DNA from: Candidatus Omnitrophota bacterium | GTDB lineage: Bacteria > Omnitrophota > Gorgyraeia > Zapsychrales > JANLHA01 | Assembly (NCBI GenBank): GCA_963662715.1 | Contig: OY759724.1 | Coordinates: 1,818,662-1,882,661 of the forward strand | Length of the DNA: 64,000 nucleotides | Reading direction: 5' to 3' | Part shown: piece after piece, positions 1-10,072 of the stretch | Position numbering within the stretch: position 1 is the stretch's first letter | Layout: each line of letters opens with the position of its first letter | Notes under the pieces: generated by a model | Databases searched by the model: none | Told to the model about the DNA's origin: nothing | The model's input: the letters and a program-made list of their open reading frames with translations, nothing else | Position numbers and translations under genes: made by a program

Positions 1-192
1 AACGACGAAAACAGATCTTCTGATTTTCCTGACGCCGCATATTATTACGGATGAACAGGAATAGCCGTCTTTTTTCGGTGTAACGTATTGAAAAAAAGAA
101 GATTATGAGCCTCTGCCTCCAGTTGGGATTGTCACAGCTAGGGGGCAGAGGTGTCCTTTTAGATTAGAATATTGTGAGGAATAGGAGGTATT

Positions 193-1491
193 GTGTCGAG
201 AGAGATTTTGATTCAGATCGGGACGGGCGAGACCCGGGTGGCGATCATTGATGAAGGAAAGCTGGATGATTTTTATATTGAGAAAGTGAATGATCAATCC
301 ATATTAGGCAATATTTATAAAGGGAGGGTGGAGTCTATCCTTCCGTCTATTAATGGAGCTTTTGTGAACATCGGACAGGCGAAGAACGGTTTTCTTTACT
401 TGACGGATGCGATCAATCCTCTGCTGGAAGAGGATCTGAACGGCCCGAGGAAACTGTTGCAAAGAATTCTGAAGCGCAAAAAGAAAACACTGGCCAAGCA
501 GAGCACATCCCCGCAACCCCTTAAAGAAGGGCAGGAGATCCTTGTTCAGGTTGTTAAGGATCCTTTTAGCAATAAGGGGGCCCGCTTAACAACGCATATT
601 TCCCTGGCGGGCCGGTTTATTGTTTATATGCCGTTTGACAAGCATAATGGTGTTTCAAAAAAGATTATTCACGCGGAGGAACGGCAGCGCCTGAAGGATG
701 TTTTGAAAAGTTTTACTTTTGCGCGGCAGGGGGGATTTATCGTCCGGACTGTTTCTTACGAGCAGGGCAAGAGAGAGCTGTTGCGGGATGCCAAGTTTTT
801 ATATAAAATTTGGCAGCAGATCGCCAAATTGTCGGAAAATAAAAAAGCCCCGGCTCTCATTTATAAAGAATTTGATCTTATCTGGAAAGTGGTGCGGGAT
901 TATCTGAACTCCCGAATTGATAAAGTGATTATCGATTCGCCGGAGGACTTCGCGAAGCTCAAAAGATTTGTGCAGAATCTGATCGGGAAAGAGGAAGTCC
1001 GTAAAATTCATCTTTACCGGGGGACAACGCCTCTCTTTGAATCCAAAGGGGTTTCCAAAGAGCTGGATAAAATATATAATCCCAAGGTGCATTTGAAATC
1101 AGGCGCGTATATTGTCATCGAACCCACGGAAGGTCTGATTGTGGTTGATGTCAACAGCGGAAGGTTTAAGACCAAAGCATCTCCGGAAGAGGCGGCTTTC
1201 ATGGTCAATATGGAAGCTGCTCCGGAAATAGCCCGTCAGCTGCGTTTAAGGGATTTGGGCGGCATTATTGTTATTGATTTTATAGACATGTCCCGGGAAA
1301 TGCATAAACGTAAAGTGCTGGAAGCTTTGCAGGTCGCTTTAAAGAAAGATCATGCGAAATCAGAAGTTAACCGGATTTCTTCTTTGGGATTAGTGGAGAT
1401 GACCCGGGCGCGTACCGGTAAAGCCTTGGAATCCATAGCTTTTGGAGTGTGCCCGTATTGTGAAGGCCGGGGCCGGGTTAAGATCAGTTGA
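193..1491 (+). CDS. rng: Ribonuclease G/E family endoribonuclease (S1 domain + RNase E/G catalytic domain)
   Basis: 432-aa ORF. The N-terminal S1-like region (GRVESILPSINGAFVNIGQ) and DNase-I-like catalytic region are typical of Rne/Rng. Strong RBS AGGAGG 6 nt upstream of a GTG start. Confidence 0.85.
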   Translation: MSREILIQIGTGETRVAIIDEGKLDDFYIEKVNDQSILGNIYKGRVESILPSINGAFVNIGQAKNGFLYLTDAINPLLEEDLNGPRKLLQRILKRKKKTLAKQSTSPQPLKEGQEILVQVVKDPFSNKGARLTTHISLAGRFIVYMPFDKHNGVSKKIIHAEERQRLKDVLKSFTFARQGGFIVRTVSYEQGKRELLRDAKFLYKIWQQIAKLSENKKAPALIYKEFDLIWKVVRDYLNSRIDKVIIDSPEDFAKLKRFVQNLIGKEEVRKIHLYRGTTPLFESKGVSKELDKIYNPKVHLKSGAYIVIEPTEGLIVVDVNSGRFKTKASPEEAAFMVNMEAAPEIARQLRLRDLGGIIVIDFIDMSREMHKRKVLEALQVALKKDHAKSEVNRISSLGLVEMTRARTGKALESIAFGVCPYCEGRGRVKIS

Positions 1492-1520
1492 TTTTGGGAA
1501 CCGGTAGAATGAGATGTCTT

Positions 1521-1559
1521 TATAGCCCAGCAGAGAACGGCTGAAATCGCTGGGCTATA
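1521..1559 (+). terminator. Perfect 11-bp inverted repeat (TATAGCCCAGC...GCTGGGCTATA, 17-nt loop) just after rng. Possible terminator or processing hairpin.
   Basis: Inverted repeat read directly. The downstream sequence AAAATTTGTT is not a clean U-tract, so termination efficiency is uncertain. Confidence 0.4.
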
Positions 1560-1567
1560 AAAATTTG

Positions 1568-1596
1568 TTGACATTTTTGAATAATACGCTTTAATT
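1568..1596 (+). promoter_or_regulatory. Candidate sigma70-type promoter for rplU (TTGACA -35; weak TTTAAT-like -10)
   Basis: A consensus TTGACA sits at 1568-1573 in an AT-rich spacer, about 85 nt upstream of rplU. The -10 element is ambiguous. Confidence 0.35.
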
Positions 1597-1654
1597 AATT
1601 ACTTAAAAAAATATTAATATTTTTAAAAAATAGGATACTGAAGGAGGTTGAAGG

Positions 1655-1969
1655 ATGTTTGCTATTGTGAAGCTTGGGTCAGCCCAGTACAAAGTCAGCG
1701 AGGGGGATGTGATTCATCCCAACCGGTTAAAAGGAGAAAAGGGGGATGAGGTAACGCTTGATCATGTCCTGCTTTTTGCAGACGGCGCTAATGTGCAGAT
1801 CGGCCGTCCTTATTTGGAGAACATCAAGGTCCAGGCGAAGGTCGTTGATCATGGTGCCGGGGATAAAGTTGTCGCATACAAGTACCGGTTGCGAAAAAGC
1901 TCAGCTGTTAAGAAAGGCCATCGGCAGAAATTAACGGCGCTGAGTATCAATAAAATAACAGTTCAGTAG
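1655..1969 (+). CDS. rplU: 50S ribosomal protein L21
   Basis: 104 aa starting MFAIVKLGSAQYKV..., characteristic of L21. RBS GGAGG precedes the ATG. Confidence 0.95.
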   Translation: MFAIVKLGSAQYKVSEGDVIHPNRLKGEKGDEVTLDHVLLFADGANVQIGRPYLENIKVQAKVVDHGAGDKVVAYKYRLRKSSAVKKGHRQKLTALSINKITVQ

Positions 1970-2022
1970 ATTTTTTCGCTTGAAAAGAGATTCTAGATTG
2001 TAGGCATAGGAAGACATCGTTT

Positions 2023-3003
2023 ATGGCATTTGTTGATGAAGCAAGGATTTTTGTTAAGGCCGGAGACGGCGGTAAAGGTTGCGAAAGTTTTTATCGGGAT
2101 AAATATATGCGGCGCGCCAGGCCGGACGGCGGAGACGGCGGCAAGGGCGGTGATGTTGTTTTTCAGACTGACCGGTGCATCCAGACATTATTAGATTACC
2201 GTTATAAACAGCATTATAAAGCCCGCAGCGGCGGGCATGGCAGCAGTAAAGGGAAAAAGGGCAAGACAGGGGCCGATTGTGTTTTGAAGATCCCCTTGGG
2301 CACAATCGTCCGGGACCACGACACAGGTTTGCTCATAAAGGATCTCACCGAGGAAGGGCAGTCGGTTGTTGTCGCTCAGGGCGGAGTCGGCGGCCGGGGA
2401 AACATCAATAACCGGACCCCCTTACCGCCGGGCCCCGGGGAAACCCGGACCATCCATTTGGAATTGAAGCTTATTGCTGACGTCGGAATCATCGGGTTCC
2501 CCAATGCCGGGAAATCGACATTCATTACGGCCATCTCGAAAGTCAAGTCAAAGATTGCCGGATACCCTTTTACAACCAAAGCTCCCATTCTCGGCGTTGT
2601 GATAGGCGAGTACGGCCCGGACTTTATTGTCGCCGATTTGCCGGGGTTGATTGAAGGGGCCCACACGGGCCGGGGCCTGGGTGACCGGTTCCTGAAGCAT
2701 GCGGAGCGGACGAAAATTCTGTTGCACATGCTGGACATGGCCGCCACGGAGGGGCGGGACCCCTTTGAAGATTATGAGAAAATCAACCGGGAATTAATGG
2801 CGTATAGCGACCAGTTGTCTTTTAAGACAAAGATCGTTGTGGCCAATAAGATGGATCTCCCTTCGGCGGAATCGTATTTAAGAGATTTTCAAAAACGGTA
2901 TCCCGGGGTTCCCGTTTATCCTGTTTCCGCCTTGAACCGGGAAGGCGTAGACGCCGTCCTGGAGCAGATTAGAAGAGATTTGAACAAGTCAACCGTAATA
3001 TAA
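2023..3003 (+). CDS. obg: GTPase Obg/CgtA
   Basis: Glycine-rich Obg fold (GDGGKGG repeats), G1 motif GFPNAGKST, DLPG and NKMD motifs. It directly follows rplU with no rpmA in between. Confidence 0.92.
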   Translation: MAFVDEARIFVKAGDGGKGCESFYRDKYMRRARPDGGDGGKGGDVVFQTDRCIQTLLDYRYKQHYKARSGGHGSSKGKKGKTGADCVLKIPLGTIVRDHDTGLLIKDLTEEGQSVVVAQGGVGGRGNINNRTPLPPGPGETRTIHLELKLIADVGIIGFPNAGKSTFITAISKVKSKIAGYPFTTKAPILGVVIGEYGPDFIVADLPGLIEGAHTGRGLGDRFLKHAERTKILLHMLDMAATEGRDPFEDYEKINRELMAYSDQLSFKTKIVVANKMDLPSAESYLRDFQKRYPGVPVYPVSALNREGVDAVLEQIRRDLNKSTVI

Positions 3004-3012
3004 CCACTGTCC

Positions 3013-4119
3013 ATGCCGAGAAAATTTCCCAGACAAATCAAACGCATCGTTATGAAAGTCGGTTCCAGCATTATCGCTTCTTACCGGATGAAACCCCGAA
3101 CAGCCCTTCTTCGTTCTCTGGTGGCCCAGATCAGGGCCTTACAGCAGCAGAGTATAGAGGTTATTCTTGTCAGTTCCGGGGCCATCGTCCTGGGGATGGG
3201 TGAACAGAATTTGAAATACCGCCCCGGGGATGTCGCTTCTTTACAGGCTTTGGCTGCTATCGGTCAGATGGTTCTTATGCGGACGTATGCGGATTTGTTC
3301 AAGCCGAAGAAGATGACCTGCGCGCAGGTTCTGTTAACCTGGGATGATTTCTCCGACCGGACTCGTTTCAACTGCGCCCGGAACACGCTGGAAACGATCA
3401 TTGAGCAAGGCGTTATCCCTATTATTAATGAAAATGACACGATTTCGACGGAAGAGATTAAGTTCGGCGACAATGATAAACTTTCTGCTCTGGTTGCCAG
3501 CATGCTTCATGCGGATCTTCTCGTGATTTTGTCTGACGTCGAAGGCCTGTATGATCTTAAAAGCGGCCGCAAAAAAGTCTTTCGGGAAATCAAGGATATT
3601 ACAGAAGATATTGAAGGCCTCGCGTCCGGCACGGCGAACAAACATATGTCCAAGGGGGGGATGTCCGCCAAGTTGCAGGCCGTACAGATTGCGACGCATG
3701 CGAACGTCCCCTGTGTTATCGCCAACGGCCGTACGAAAAACGTTTTGCCGCGTATCTGCCAGGGGGAGAGGATCGGGACATTATTCGTGGAGAAAGAAAA
3801 TAAACTTTTGGCCCGGAAGCATTGGATATCTTTCGGCGCCAAGGCCAAAGGAACGCTGTTTGTGGACGAAGGAGCGCAAAAGGCTCTGTTGCAGGGCGGG
3901 AAGAGCCTGCTGCTTCCGGGGATTGTCAAAAGCGAGGGGCATTTCAAAGTTCAGGATGTCGTTATTATTTGCGGAAAAGGACAGCAGGAGATTGCCCGGG
4001 GGATCACCAATTATTCGGCGGCGGAATTGCATAAAATTCTGCACAGCGCCAGCGGGGAAACGAAACGGGGGCAGCGGGAAGTCGTCCACTGTGATAACCT
4101 CGTCTTATGTCAGCGGTAG
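3013..4119 (+). CDS. proB: Glutamate 5-kinase with C-terminal PUA domain
   Basis: VMKVGSS...INENDT amino-acid-kinase motifs and a PUA-like C-terminus. The true start may be the internal ATG at 3052 (MKVGSS). Confidence 0.88.
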   Translation: MPRKFPRQIKRIVMKVGSSIIASYRMKPRTALLRSLVAQIRALQQQSIEVILVSSGAIVLGMGEQNLKYRPGDVASLQALAAIGQMVLMRTYADLFKPKKMTCAQVLLTWDDFSDRTRFNCARNTLETIIEQGVIPIINENDTISTEEIKFGDNDKLSALVASMLHADLLVILSDVEGLYDLKSGRKKVFREIKDITEDIEGLASGTANKHMSKGGMSAKLQAVQIATHANVPCVIANGRTKNVLPRICQGERIGTLFVEKENKLLARKHWISFGAKAKGTLFVDEGAQKALLQGGKSLLLPGIVKSEGHFKVQDVVIICGKGQQEIARGITNYSAAELHKILHSASGETKRGQREVVHCDNLVLCQR

Positions 4120-4231
4120 TCCGTGTTCTCCTGCCAGCCTTTTGTCCGGGAAGGATTTTCGTGGAATTCAAGCAAGCCGTTGTATACGATTTTAGAGGTA
4201 AAACTATAAAAGGACAAGCAGAGGTGAAAAT

Positions 4232-5488
4232 ATGACAGCCGAGAAACAGATCAGGAAGACAGCGGCAACGGCTAAATCCGCCGCCCGAGAACTGTCATTG
4301 TTGACTTCAGCGGAAAAGAATAAGGCGCTTAAGGTCATGGCGCAGGCCCTCGCACAGAACAAGGATTTCCTGGTTCAGCAGAACAAAAAAGACCTGGCCG
4401 CGGCCGCAAAAGCGAATTACCCGAGAGCCTTGGTCGACCGCTTGACTTTGAATGAGAAGCGTATTCAGGGTATGGTTGATTGTCTTAAAGATACGATGAA
4501 ATTAAAAGACCCCTGCGGGGAAGTTCTGCAGGTCTTTAAGCGTCCGAACGGATTAAAAATCAAGAAAGTCAGAACACCGATAGGATTAATCGGGATTATC
4601 TATGAATCCCGTCCCAATGTTACGAGCGATTGTATCGGACTTTGTTTGAAGTCCGGGAATGCCGTTATTTTAAAAGGAGGCAAAGAGGCTCTTCACTCCA
4701 ACCAGGCTGTTTTTAAAGTGCTCCGGGACGCTTTGGGACAGACCCGGATCCCTTCCAACGCTATTCAGATGATCGCTTCAACGGACAGGGGTTCTGTCCA
4801 TGCGCTGCTGAAATGTCATGATACCGTGGACCTTATCATCCCCCGGGGCGGGGAAGGGCTCATCCGTTTTGTCTCGGAACATTCTTTGATCCCCGTTATC
4901 AAGCATTATAAGGGCGTGTGCCATACGTATGTCTCGGATAAGGCTGACCTGAAGAAGGCTCATCATATTTGTTTTAACGCCAAGGTTCAGCGTCCGGGTG
5001 TGTGCAATGCGATGGAAACGATGCTGGTCCATGAAGGCGTGGCGGCGCGGTTTCTTCCCGTTATGCTGGATGCTTTTATAAAAGCCGGGGTCGAAATCCG
5101 CGGATGTCCCCGGACGCGACGGATGGTTAAGGGGATCAAACCCGCCAACCCGGAAGACTGGAGCGAAGAATACCTGGATATGATATTGTCTGTCAGGGTT
5201 GTGAAATCTCTTCAGGAGGCCATTGAACATATCAATACCTATGGCTCGCATCATTCCGATGCCATTATCTCGGAGGATAAAAAAGAATCGCAGTGTTTTA
5301 CTCGCAGTGTTGATTCCGCCTGCGTTTATACGAATGCCTCAACCCGCTTCACCGATGGTTATGAATTCGGGTTCGGCGCGGAAATCGGCATCAGCACCGA
5401 TAAACTGCATGCCCGCGGGCCGATGGCCCTGGAAGAGTTGACGACATATAAATTTATCATCGAAGGAACGGGCCAGATAAGAACTTGA
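4232..5488 (+). CDS. proA: Gamma-glutamyl phosphate reductase (glutamate-5-semialdehyde dehydrogenase)
   Basis: 418-aa aldehyde dehydrogenase fold with the catalytic-Cys context VCNAMETMLVH. It is adjacent to proB. RBS GAGGTG. Confidence 0.9.
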   Translation: MTAEKQIRKTAATAKSAARELSLLTSAEKNKALKVMAQALAQNKDFLVQQNKKDLAAAAKANYPRALVDRLTLNEKRIQGMVDCLKDTMKLKDPCGEVLQVFKRPNGLKIKKVRTPIGLIGIIYESRPNVTSDCIGLCLKSGNAVILKGGKEALHSNQAVFKVLRDALGQTRIPSNAIQMIASTDRGSVHALLKCHDTVDLIIPRGGEGLIRFVSEHSLIPVIKHYKGVCHTYVSDKADLKKAHHICFNAKVQRPGVCNAMETMLVHEGVAARFLPVMLDAFIKAGVEIRGCPRTRRMVKGIKPANPEDWSEEYLDMILSVRVVKSLQEAIEHINTYGSHHSDAIISEDKKESQCFTRSVDSACVYTNASTRFTDGYEFGFGAEIGISTDKLHARGPMALEELTTYKFIIEGTGQIRT

Positions 5489-5503
5489 GGGGTTTTGAGC
5501 TTA

Positions 5504-6106
5504 ATGCCACCTTTACGCATCGGTATATTCGGAGGGACATTTAATCCCATTCATCTGGGGCATATGGCCATGGCGCAGAAGGCCATGGAGAAATGCCGCC
5601 TCAGTAAAGTGATTTTTGTCCCTACGGCTTTGCCTCCGCATAAAAAGATTGCGCGATTGGCGTCAGCCAGGCATCGTTATCATATGGTGGCTTTAGCGAT
5701 CAAGGGGAATCCGCGGTTTGAAATTTCCGATTACGAAATTCAAAAAGGCGGCAAATCCTACACGATTGATACGGTCCGGCATTTTCAGCGTGCCTTGCCT
5801 CGCGGGGCAAAGGTGTTTTTCATTATCGGTGAAGACAACCTTGCCGCGCTTGATACGTGGAAAAATATCGATGATATTCTGGAGATCGTAACTTTTATTG
5901 TTGTTAACCGGCCGGGATTTAAAAACAAACAAAAGAAGATCCCTTTTCAGTCTGTCAACATGCCGGGTATGGATATTTCCTCGTCATATCTGCGCAGAGG
6001 GATCGTTCAGGGCAAGACAATAAAATATCTTGTGCCGGAGAATGTCTTAGAGTATATTGAAAAACATCAGTTGTATAATAATTGCGAAAAAAAACAGGGG
6101 GCATGA
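5504..6106 (+). CDS. nadD: Nicotinate-nucleotide adenylyltransferase
   Basis: GIFGGTFNPIHLGHM (HxGH nucleotidyltransferase motif). ATG at 5504 is preferred over the TTG at 5495 listed in the ORF track, because the GAGGGG RBS is spaced correctly for 5504. Confidence 0.85.
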   Translation: MPPLRIGIFGGTFNPIHLGHMAMAQKAMEKCRLSKVIFVPTALPPHKKIARLASARHRYHMVALAIKGNPRFEISDYEIQKGGKSYTIDTVRHFQRALPRGAKVFFIIGEDNLAALDTWKNIDDILEIVTFIVVNRPGFKNKQKKIPFQSVNMPGMDISSSYLRRGIVQGKTIKYLVPENVLEYIEKHQLYNNCEKKQGA

Positions 6107-6107
6107 T

Positions 6108-7526
6108 ATGAACCGTAAAAAAGATATTATTAAGTTTGGGACCGACGGGTGGAGAGCTGTCATAGCCGACACCTTCACTTTCGAAAACGTCGAGATTGTG
6201 AGCCAAGCCATCAGCGAGTGGATCAAACGGGATTTAAAAAAGATCGGAGGACGGAAAAGAGTCGCCGTCGGGTATGATTCCCGGTTTATGTCTGCCGAGT
6301 TCGCGGAAATCGTTTCCTGCGTCCTGGCGAAGAACAATATCGAGGTGCTGTTGTCGGATGCGCCGATCCCCACCCCGGCTTTAAGTTACGGCGTTACGGT
6401 CAACCGGTGCGTCTGCGGGGTCATGATCACCGCGAGCCATAATCCTTATAAGTTTAACGGCATAAAAATAAAAACAGCTCAGGGCGGAGGGGCCTCCAAG
6501 GACATCACGAATAAGGTCGAGGACTATCTCTGCCTTGTCCCCGTCCAGACCATGGAGTTTGCGAAAGCTGAAAAAGCCAAAAAGATCCGTCTTTACAACT
6601 ATAAGACGGAGTATATAAAATTTATCAAGAACTATATTGACCTGAAGAAAATAAAAGCCACCCGTTTTAAAGTGCTCATGGATGCGATGCACGGCAGCGG
6701 TAATGGCCTTATCGCCGAGGTCTTGAAGGGGTCGAAAGTTCAGCTGTCTTTGATGCGGGAGGACATTAACCCTTATTTTGACGGGAAAAAGCCGGAGCCG
6801 GTTGTGGAATATCTTGACGGGATTCTGACCAGGGTCCGGAAAGAAGGTTTTGACCTGGGGCTTGTTTTAGACGGGGATGCGGACAGAATTGCCGCGGTCG
6901 CTTCCGGAGGGGAGTTCCTGCATCCGCAGAAAATTTTGGGGCTCTTGATTCTGCATCTGGTCAGGAACCGCGGCCGGAAAGGGGGAATCGTTAAGACGAT
7001 TTGCGGGACGACCATGATGGATAAGATCGCCGCTAAATTGGGGGTGAAGCTTTACGAAACCCCGGTGGGGTTTAAGTATATATCCGATTTGATGGTGTCG
7101 GAAAATATTGTTGCCGGCGGTGAAGAGGCCGGGGGTATGGGCTTTCAGGATTATATCCCGGAAAGAGACGGCACTCTGGCCGGGCTGTTGTTGCTGGAAA
7201 TGATGGTGTATCAGAAGAAAAACATCAAGAAGATCGTGCAGGAGATGGAACAGGAATTCGGCCGGTATTATTATGAAAGAAGCGACGTGAAGCTGGGGAA
7301 GAAGCCTTTCAGCCCGGAGAAATTCAAGGAAACCAAGGTTCTTTTAGGGAAGAAAGTCGTTGATGTTAAGGCTTTTGACGGTGTCAAGCTGATCTGCGAA
7401 GATGAAAGTTGGCTGATGTTGCGCCCTTCCGGCACGGAACCCCTCGTGCGCGCTTATTCCGAGGCCAAGACTCTCAAGAGAGCTAAAGATCTTATTAAGT
7501 ACGGAGACAAACTCCTGAGATCCTAA
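6108..7526 (+). CDS. Alpha-D-phosphohexomutase family protein (phosphoglucomutase/phosphomannomutase-like)
   Basis: Active-site Ser loop TASHNPYKFNGIK and a four-domain length. The start is reassigned to the ATG at 6108 (MNRKKDIIKFGTDGWR), which abuts the nadD stop. The track ORF start at 6057 overlaps nadD. Confidence 0.8.
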   Translation: MNRKKDIIKFGTDGWRAVIADTFTFENVEIVSQAISEWIKRDLKKIGGRKRVAVGYDSRFMSAEFAEIVSCVLAKNNIEVLLSDAPIPTPALSYGVTVNRCVCGVMITASHNPYKFNGIKIKTAQGGGASKDITNKVEDYLCLVPVQTMEFAKAEKAKKIRLYNYKTEYIKFIKNYIDLKKIKATRFKVLMDAMHGSGNGLIAEVLKGSKVQLSLMREDINPYFDGKKPEPVVEYLDGILTRVRKEGFDLGLVLDGDADRIAAVASGGEFLHPQKILGLLILHLVRNRGRKGGIVKTICGTTMMDKIAAKLGVKLYETPVGFKYISDLMVSENIVAGGEEAGGMGFQDYIPERDGTLAGLLLLEMMVYQKKNIKKIVQEMEQEFGRYYYERSDVKLGKKPFSPEKFKETKVLLGKKVVDVKAFDGVKLICEDESWLMLRPSGTEPLVRAYSEAKTLKRAKDLIKYGDKLLRS

Positions 7527-7545
7527 GAGAGGGAGCTGTGGGCGA

Positions 7546-8136
7546 ATGATTTATTGGGTGAGTTACTTTATCATTAAGCTTTTCAGCGCTGTTCTTTTTC
7601 CCTTTAAGATTGTAGGCAGAGAAAACATTCCCTCCCAGGGCGGGTTCATTTTTGCGAGCAATCATTTGAGTTATCTCGACCCTGTCATCGTCGGTCTGTG
7701 TGTCTGGCGGCGAATCAATTATATGGCCAAGGCCTCGCTTTTTAAAAACAAAATGTTTGCCTGGTTCCTGCGTCGCGTAGGTGTCTTTCCTGTGCACCGG
7801 GGAAAACCGGATATCGGGGCTTTGCGGGAAGCCATGCGCCGCTTGAAAAAAGGCTCGCCGCTTTTATTGTTTCCGCAGGGCACCAGACTGGAACAGGGCA
7901 AGGTCCCCCAAGCCCACTCCGGGGTAGGGTTCCTCATCGCGAAAAGCCGGGTTCCGGTTGTCCCCGTTTATATCCAGGGGTCCGGCCAGGTTCTGCCGCC
8001 GGGGGCCAAGTGGTTCAAGCGGCACCCTATCCGGGTCATTATCGGCCCGCCCTTGCGGTTGTCCGAAGTTTCCTCTTATGAAGCGGCTTCCCGGCAGGTT
8101 ATGGAGGCTATCCTTTCCCTTTCCCCCTGCTGCTGA
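7546..8136 (+). CDS. plsC: 1-acyl-sn-glycerol-3-phosphate acyltransferase
   Basis: HX4D acyltransferase motif (ASNHLSYLDP) and FPQGTR motif. Confidence 0.85.
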   Translation: MIYWVSYFIIKLFSAVLFPFKIVGRENIPSQGGFIFASNHLSYLDPVIVGLCVWRRINYMAKASLFKNKMFAWFLRRVGVFPVHRGKPDIGALREAMRRLKKGSPLLLFPQGTRLEQGKVPQAHSGVGFLIAKSRVPVVPVYIQGSGQVLPPGAKWFKRHPIRVIIGPPLRLSEVSSYEAASRQVMEAILSLSPCC

Positions 8137-8294
8137 TTATTATTTAAGGAAGACAGGATGCTTTTTTAAGTCTTGCGGGGCTATGGCCTGCAAGTTTTTT
8201 CTTGGGTGGACGAATTAAATATCAGATATGATAATAATAGTGTTTATTTAGTTGTCTCGTCGAAGAAAAATGGCCTGTCTTAAAAAGATTTTAT

Positions 8295-8323
8295 TTGACA
8301 AATCTATAATAATTGAGATAATA
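8295..8323 (+). promoter_or_regulatory. Candidate rpsA promoter (TTGACA -35, GATAAT/ATAATA -10, 16-17-nt spacer)
   Basis: Motifs read in the 250-nt AT-rich region upstream of rpsA. Confidence 0.45.
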
Positions 8324-8386
8324 TGGGCACTTTGAAGAAATTTGTTATATCTTCAGAGAATTTGAATAAAAGAGAGGGATTTTTAT

Positions 8387-9937
8387 ATGAATAAAGAATC
8401 ACAATCAGTTATGTCAGAACTTTATGATAAGTCTGTCAAAGTGATCAAGGAAGGAGAGATCGTTAAAGGCCGGATCGTGGCCCTGACAGACAGCGAAGCT
8501 GTTGTTGATATCGGATTTAAGTCAGAAGGCTTTGTGTCTTTGGAAGAGTTCCGGAATAAAGAAGACATCAAACTTGATCATGAAATTGACGTTTTAGTCG
8601 AATCTATAGAAGATGAAGACGGCCGGCTTGTTTTGTCTAAAATCAAGGCAGAGAAGGTTAAAGGCTGGCAGAAGATCATGGGCGGGATCGAAGAAGGCGC
8701 TGTTGTGGAAGGCCGTGTTATTAAGATGGTCAAAGGGGGATACATGGTTGATATCGAAGGGCTGGAAGCGTTCCTCCCGATGTCCCTTTCCGCCTTTAAG
8801 GGCTATGCTCCGGATACGATTATGGCCAACACATTTAATTTTCAAGTGGCCAAGATCAATAAGCAGCGACGCAACCTCATCCTTTCCCGAAGAGATATTT
8901 ATCAAAAAGAACGCGAACAGATCCGGGAGAAACTGTGGGACGAGCTCGAAAAAGGGCAGCGCCGTAAAGGCGTTGTTAAGGGCATTACCGATTTCGGCGC
9001 CTTTATTGATTTGGGAGGCGTTGACGGTTTGCTGCATATTACCGACATGAGCTGGTCGCGGATTAATCATCCGTCAGAGATCGTCTCCATCGGTGATCAG
9101 ATTGAAGTGCTTATCATCGACTATGATCAGGAAAATTCTAAAGTGTCTTTGGGGTTGAAGCAGATAACCCCCAACCCATGGGACGATATTTACGATAAAT
9201 ACCCTGCCGGAAGCCAGATTAAAGGAAAAATCGTCAATATCATGCCTTACGGGGTTTTTGTTGAGATCGAAAAAGGCATCGAAGGGCTGCTGCATTCTTC
9301 TGAGATTACCTGGCAAAAGAAGCTGGTCAATCCGCAGGAAATGTTTTCGGTCGGAGACGAAATCGAAGCCCAGATTATTAACGTCGACAAAGATTCCAAA
9401 AGAATATCATTAAGCATGAAAGCTCTGGAATGCAACCCCTGGCTGGAAGCCGAAAAAACGTTGCCTGTCGGGACAAAGGTGAAAGGCATCGTGCGGGGAT
9501 TTACGGATTACGGAGCTTTTGTGGAGTTGAAGTCCGGGTTGGAAGGCATGATTCATGTCTCTGATATGTCCTGGACAAAGAAAGTCAATCATCCTCAAGA
9601 TATCCTCGAAAAAGGACAAGACGTTGAAGTTATGGTGCTGGGGATCGATGCAGATAATCGGAAAATCACACTGGGATTAAAACAGCTGTCGGACAACCCG
9701 TGGCCCGTTATCGCCGAGAAATATAAGGTCGGGGACGAAGTTGAAGTGGAAGTTGTCCTGAATTCCAATTTTGGCGTTTTTGTTAAGTTGGAAGATGATG
9801 TGGAGGCCCTGGTTTATTCTTCGGAGATAGATAAAGACCAGGCCTCGGCTCTTAACCCCGGTGATAAATTGCGTGTCAAGATTATTAAGGTTGATGTAGA
9901 GCAAATGAAGATTGGTGTCAGCACGCGTTTGAGTTAG
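8387..9937 (+). CDS. rpsA: 30S ribosomal protein S1 (multiple S1 domains)
   Basis: 516 aa with at least five repeated S1 RNA-binding domains (G.V.G.V..I...G.FV.. pattern). Confidence 0.92.
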   Translation: MNKESQSVMSELYDKSVKVIKEGEIVKGRIVALTDSEAVVDIGFKSEGFVSLEEFRNKEDIKLDHEIDVLVESIEDEDGRLVLSKIKAEKVKGWQKIMGGIEEGAVVEGRVIKMVKGGYMVDIEGLEAFLPMSLSAFKGYAPDTIMANTFNFQVAKINKQRRNLILSRRDIYQKEREQIREKLWDELEKGQRRKGVVKGITDFGAFIDLGGVDGLLHITDMSWSRINHPSEIVSIGDQIEVLIIDYDQENSKVSLGLKQITPNPWDDIYDKYPAGSQIKGKIVNIMPYGVFVEIEKGIEGLLHSSEITWQKKLVNPQEMFSVGDEIEAQIINVDKDSKRISLSMKALECNPWLEAEKTLPVGTKVKGIVRGFTDYGAFVELKSGLEGMIHVSDMSWTKKVNHPQDILEKGQDVEVMVLGIDADNRKITLGLKQLSDNPWPVIAEKYKVGDEVEVEVVLNSNFGVFVKLEDDVEALVYSSEIDKDQASALNPGDKLRVKIIKVDVEQMKIGVSTRLS

Positions 9938-10072
9938 CCGTTCAGGCGCGTGCCGGCACTTGCCAGCTACACGTCTTTCTCGTCAAATCATCAGGTATAT
10001 TCTTTTGCCCCTTTGCTAAAGCAGGGAATGCGTTTGCCGGTCTTGCATCCTTAAGCTGCGGGGATCCTTTCT

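Noticed and set aside
2-67. Open frame ending ...LLIFLTPHIITDEQE* at the window start (possible 3' end of an upstream + strand gene)
   Set aside because: Only 22 codons are visible, which is too short to assign any identity.
3551-4195. 214-aa + strand ORF in an alternate frame over the proB 3' half
   Set aside because: It is an Arg/Cys/Pro-rich frame artefact of a GC-rich region. proB is well supported in its own frame.
6057-6107. Upstream extension of the phosphohexomutase ORF given in the ORF track
   Set aside because: It overlaps the nadD 3' end. The ATG at 6108 has a proper RBS and begins the conserved N-terminus, so the extension is not called.
9938-10072. Possible T-box or other leader upstream of tyrS, including the GTGCCGGCAC palindrome after rpsA
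   Set aside because: The 135-nt spacer is too short for a T-box riboswitch and shows no specifier-loop or antiterminator pattern. The palindrome is probably a weak rpsA terminator.
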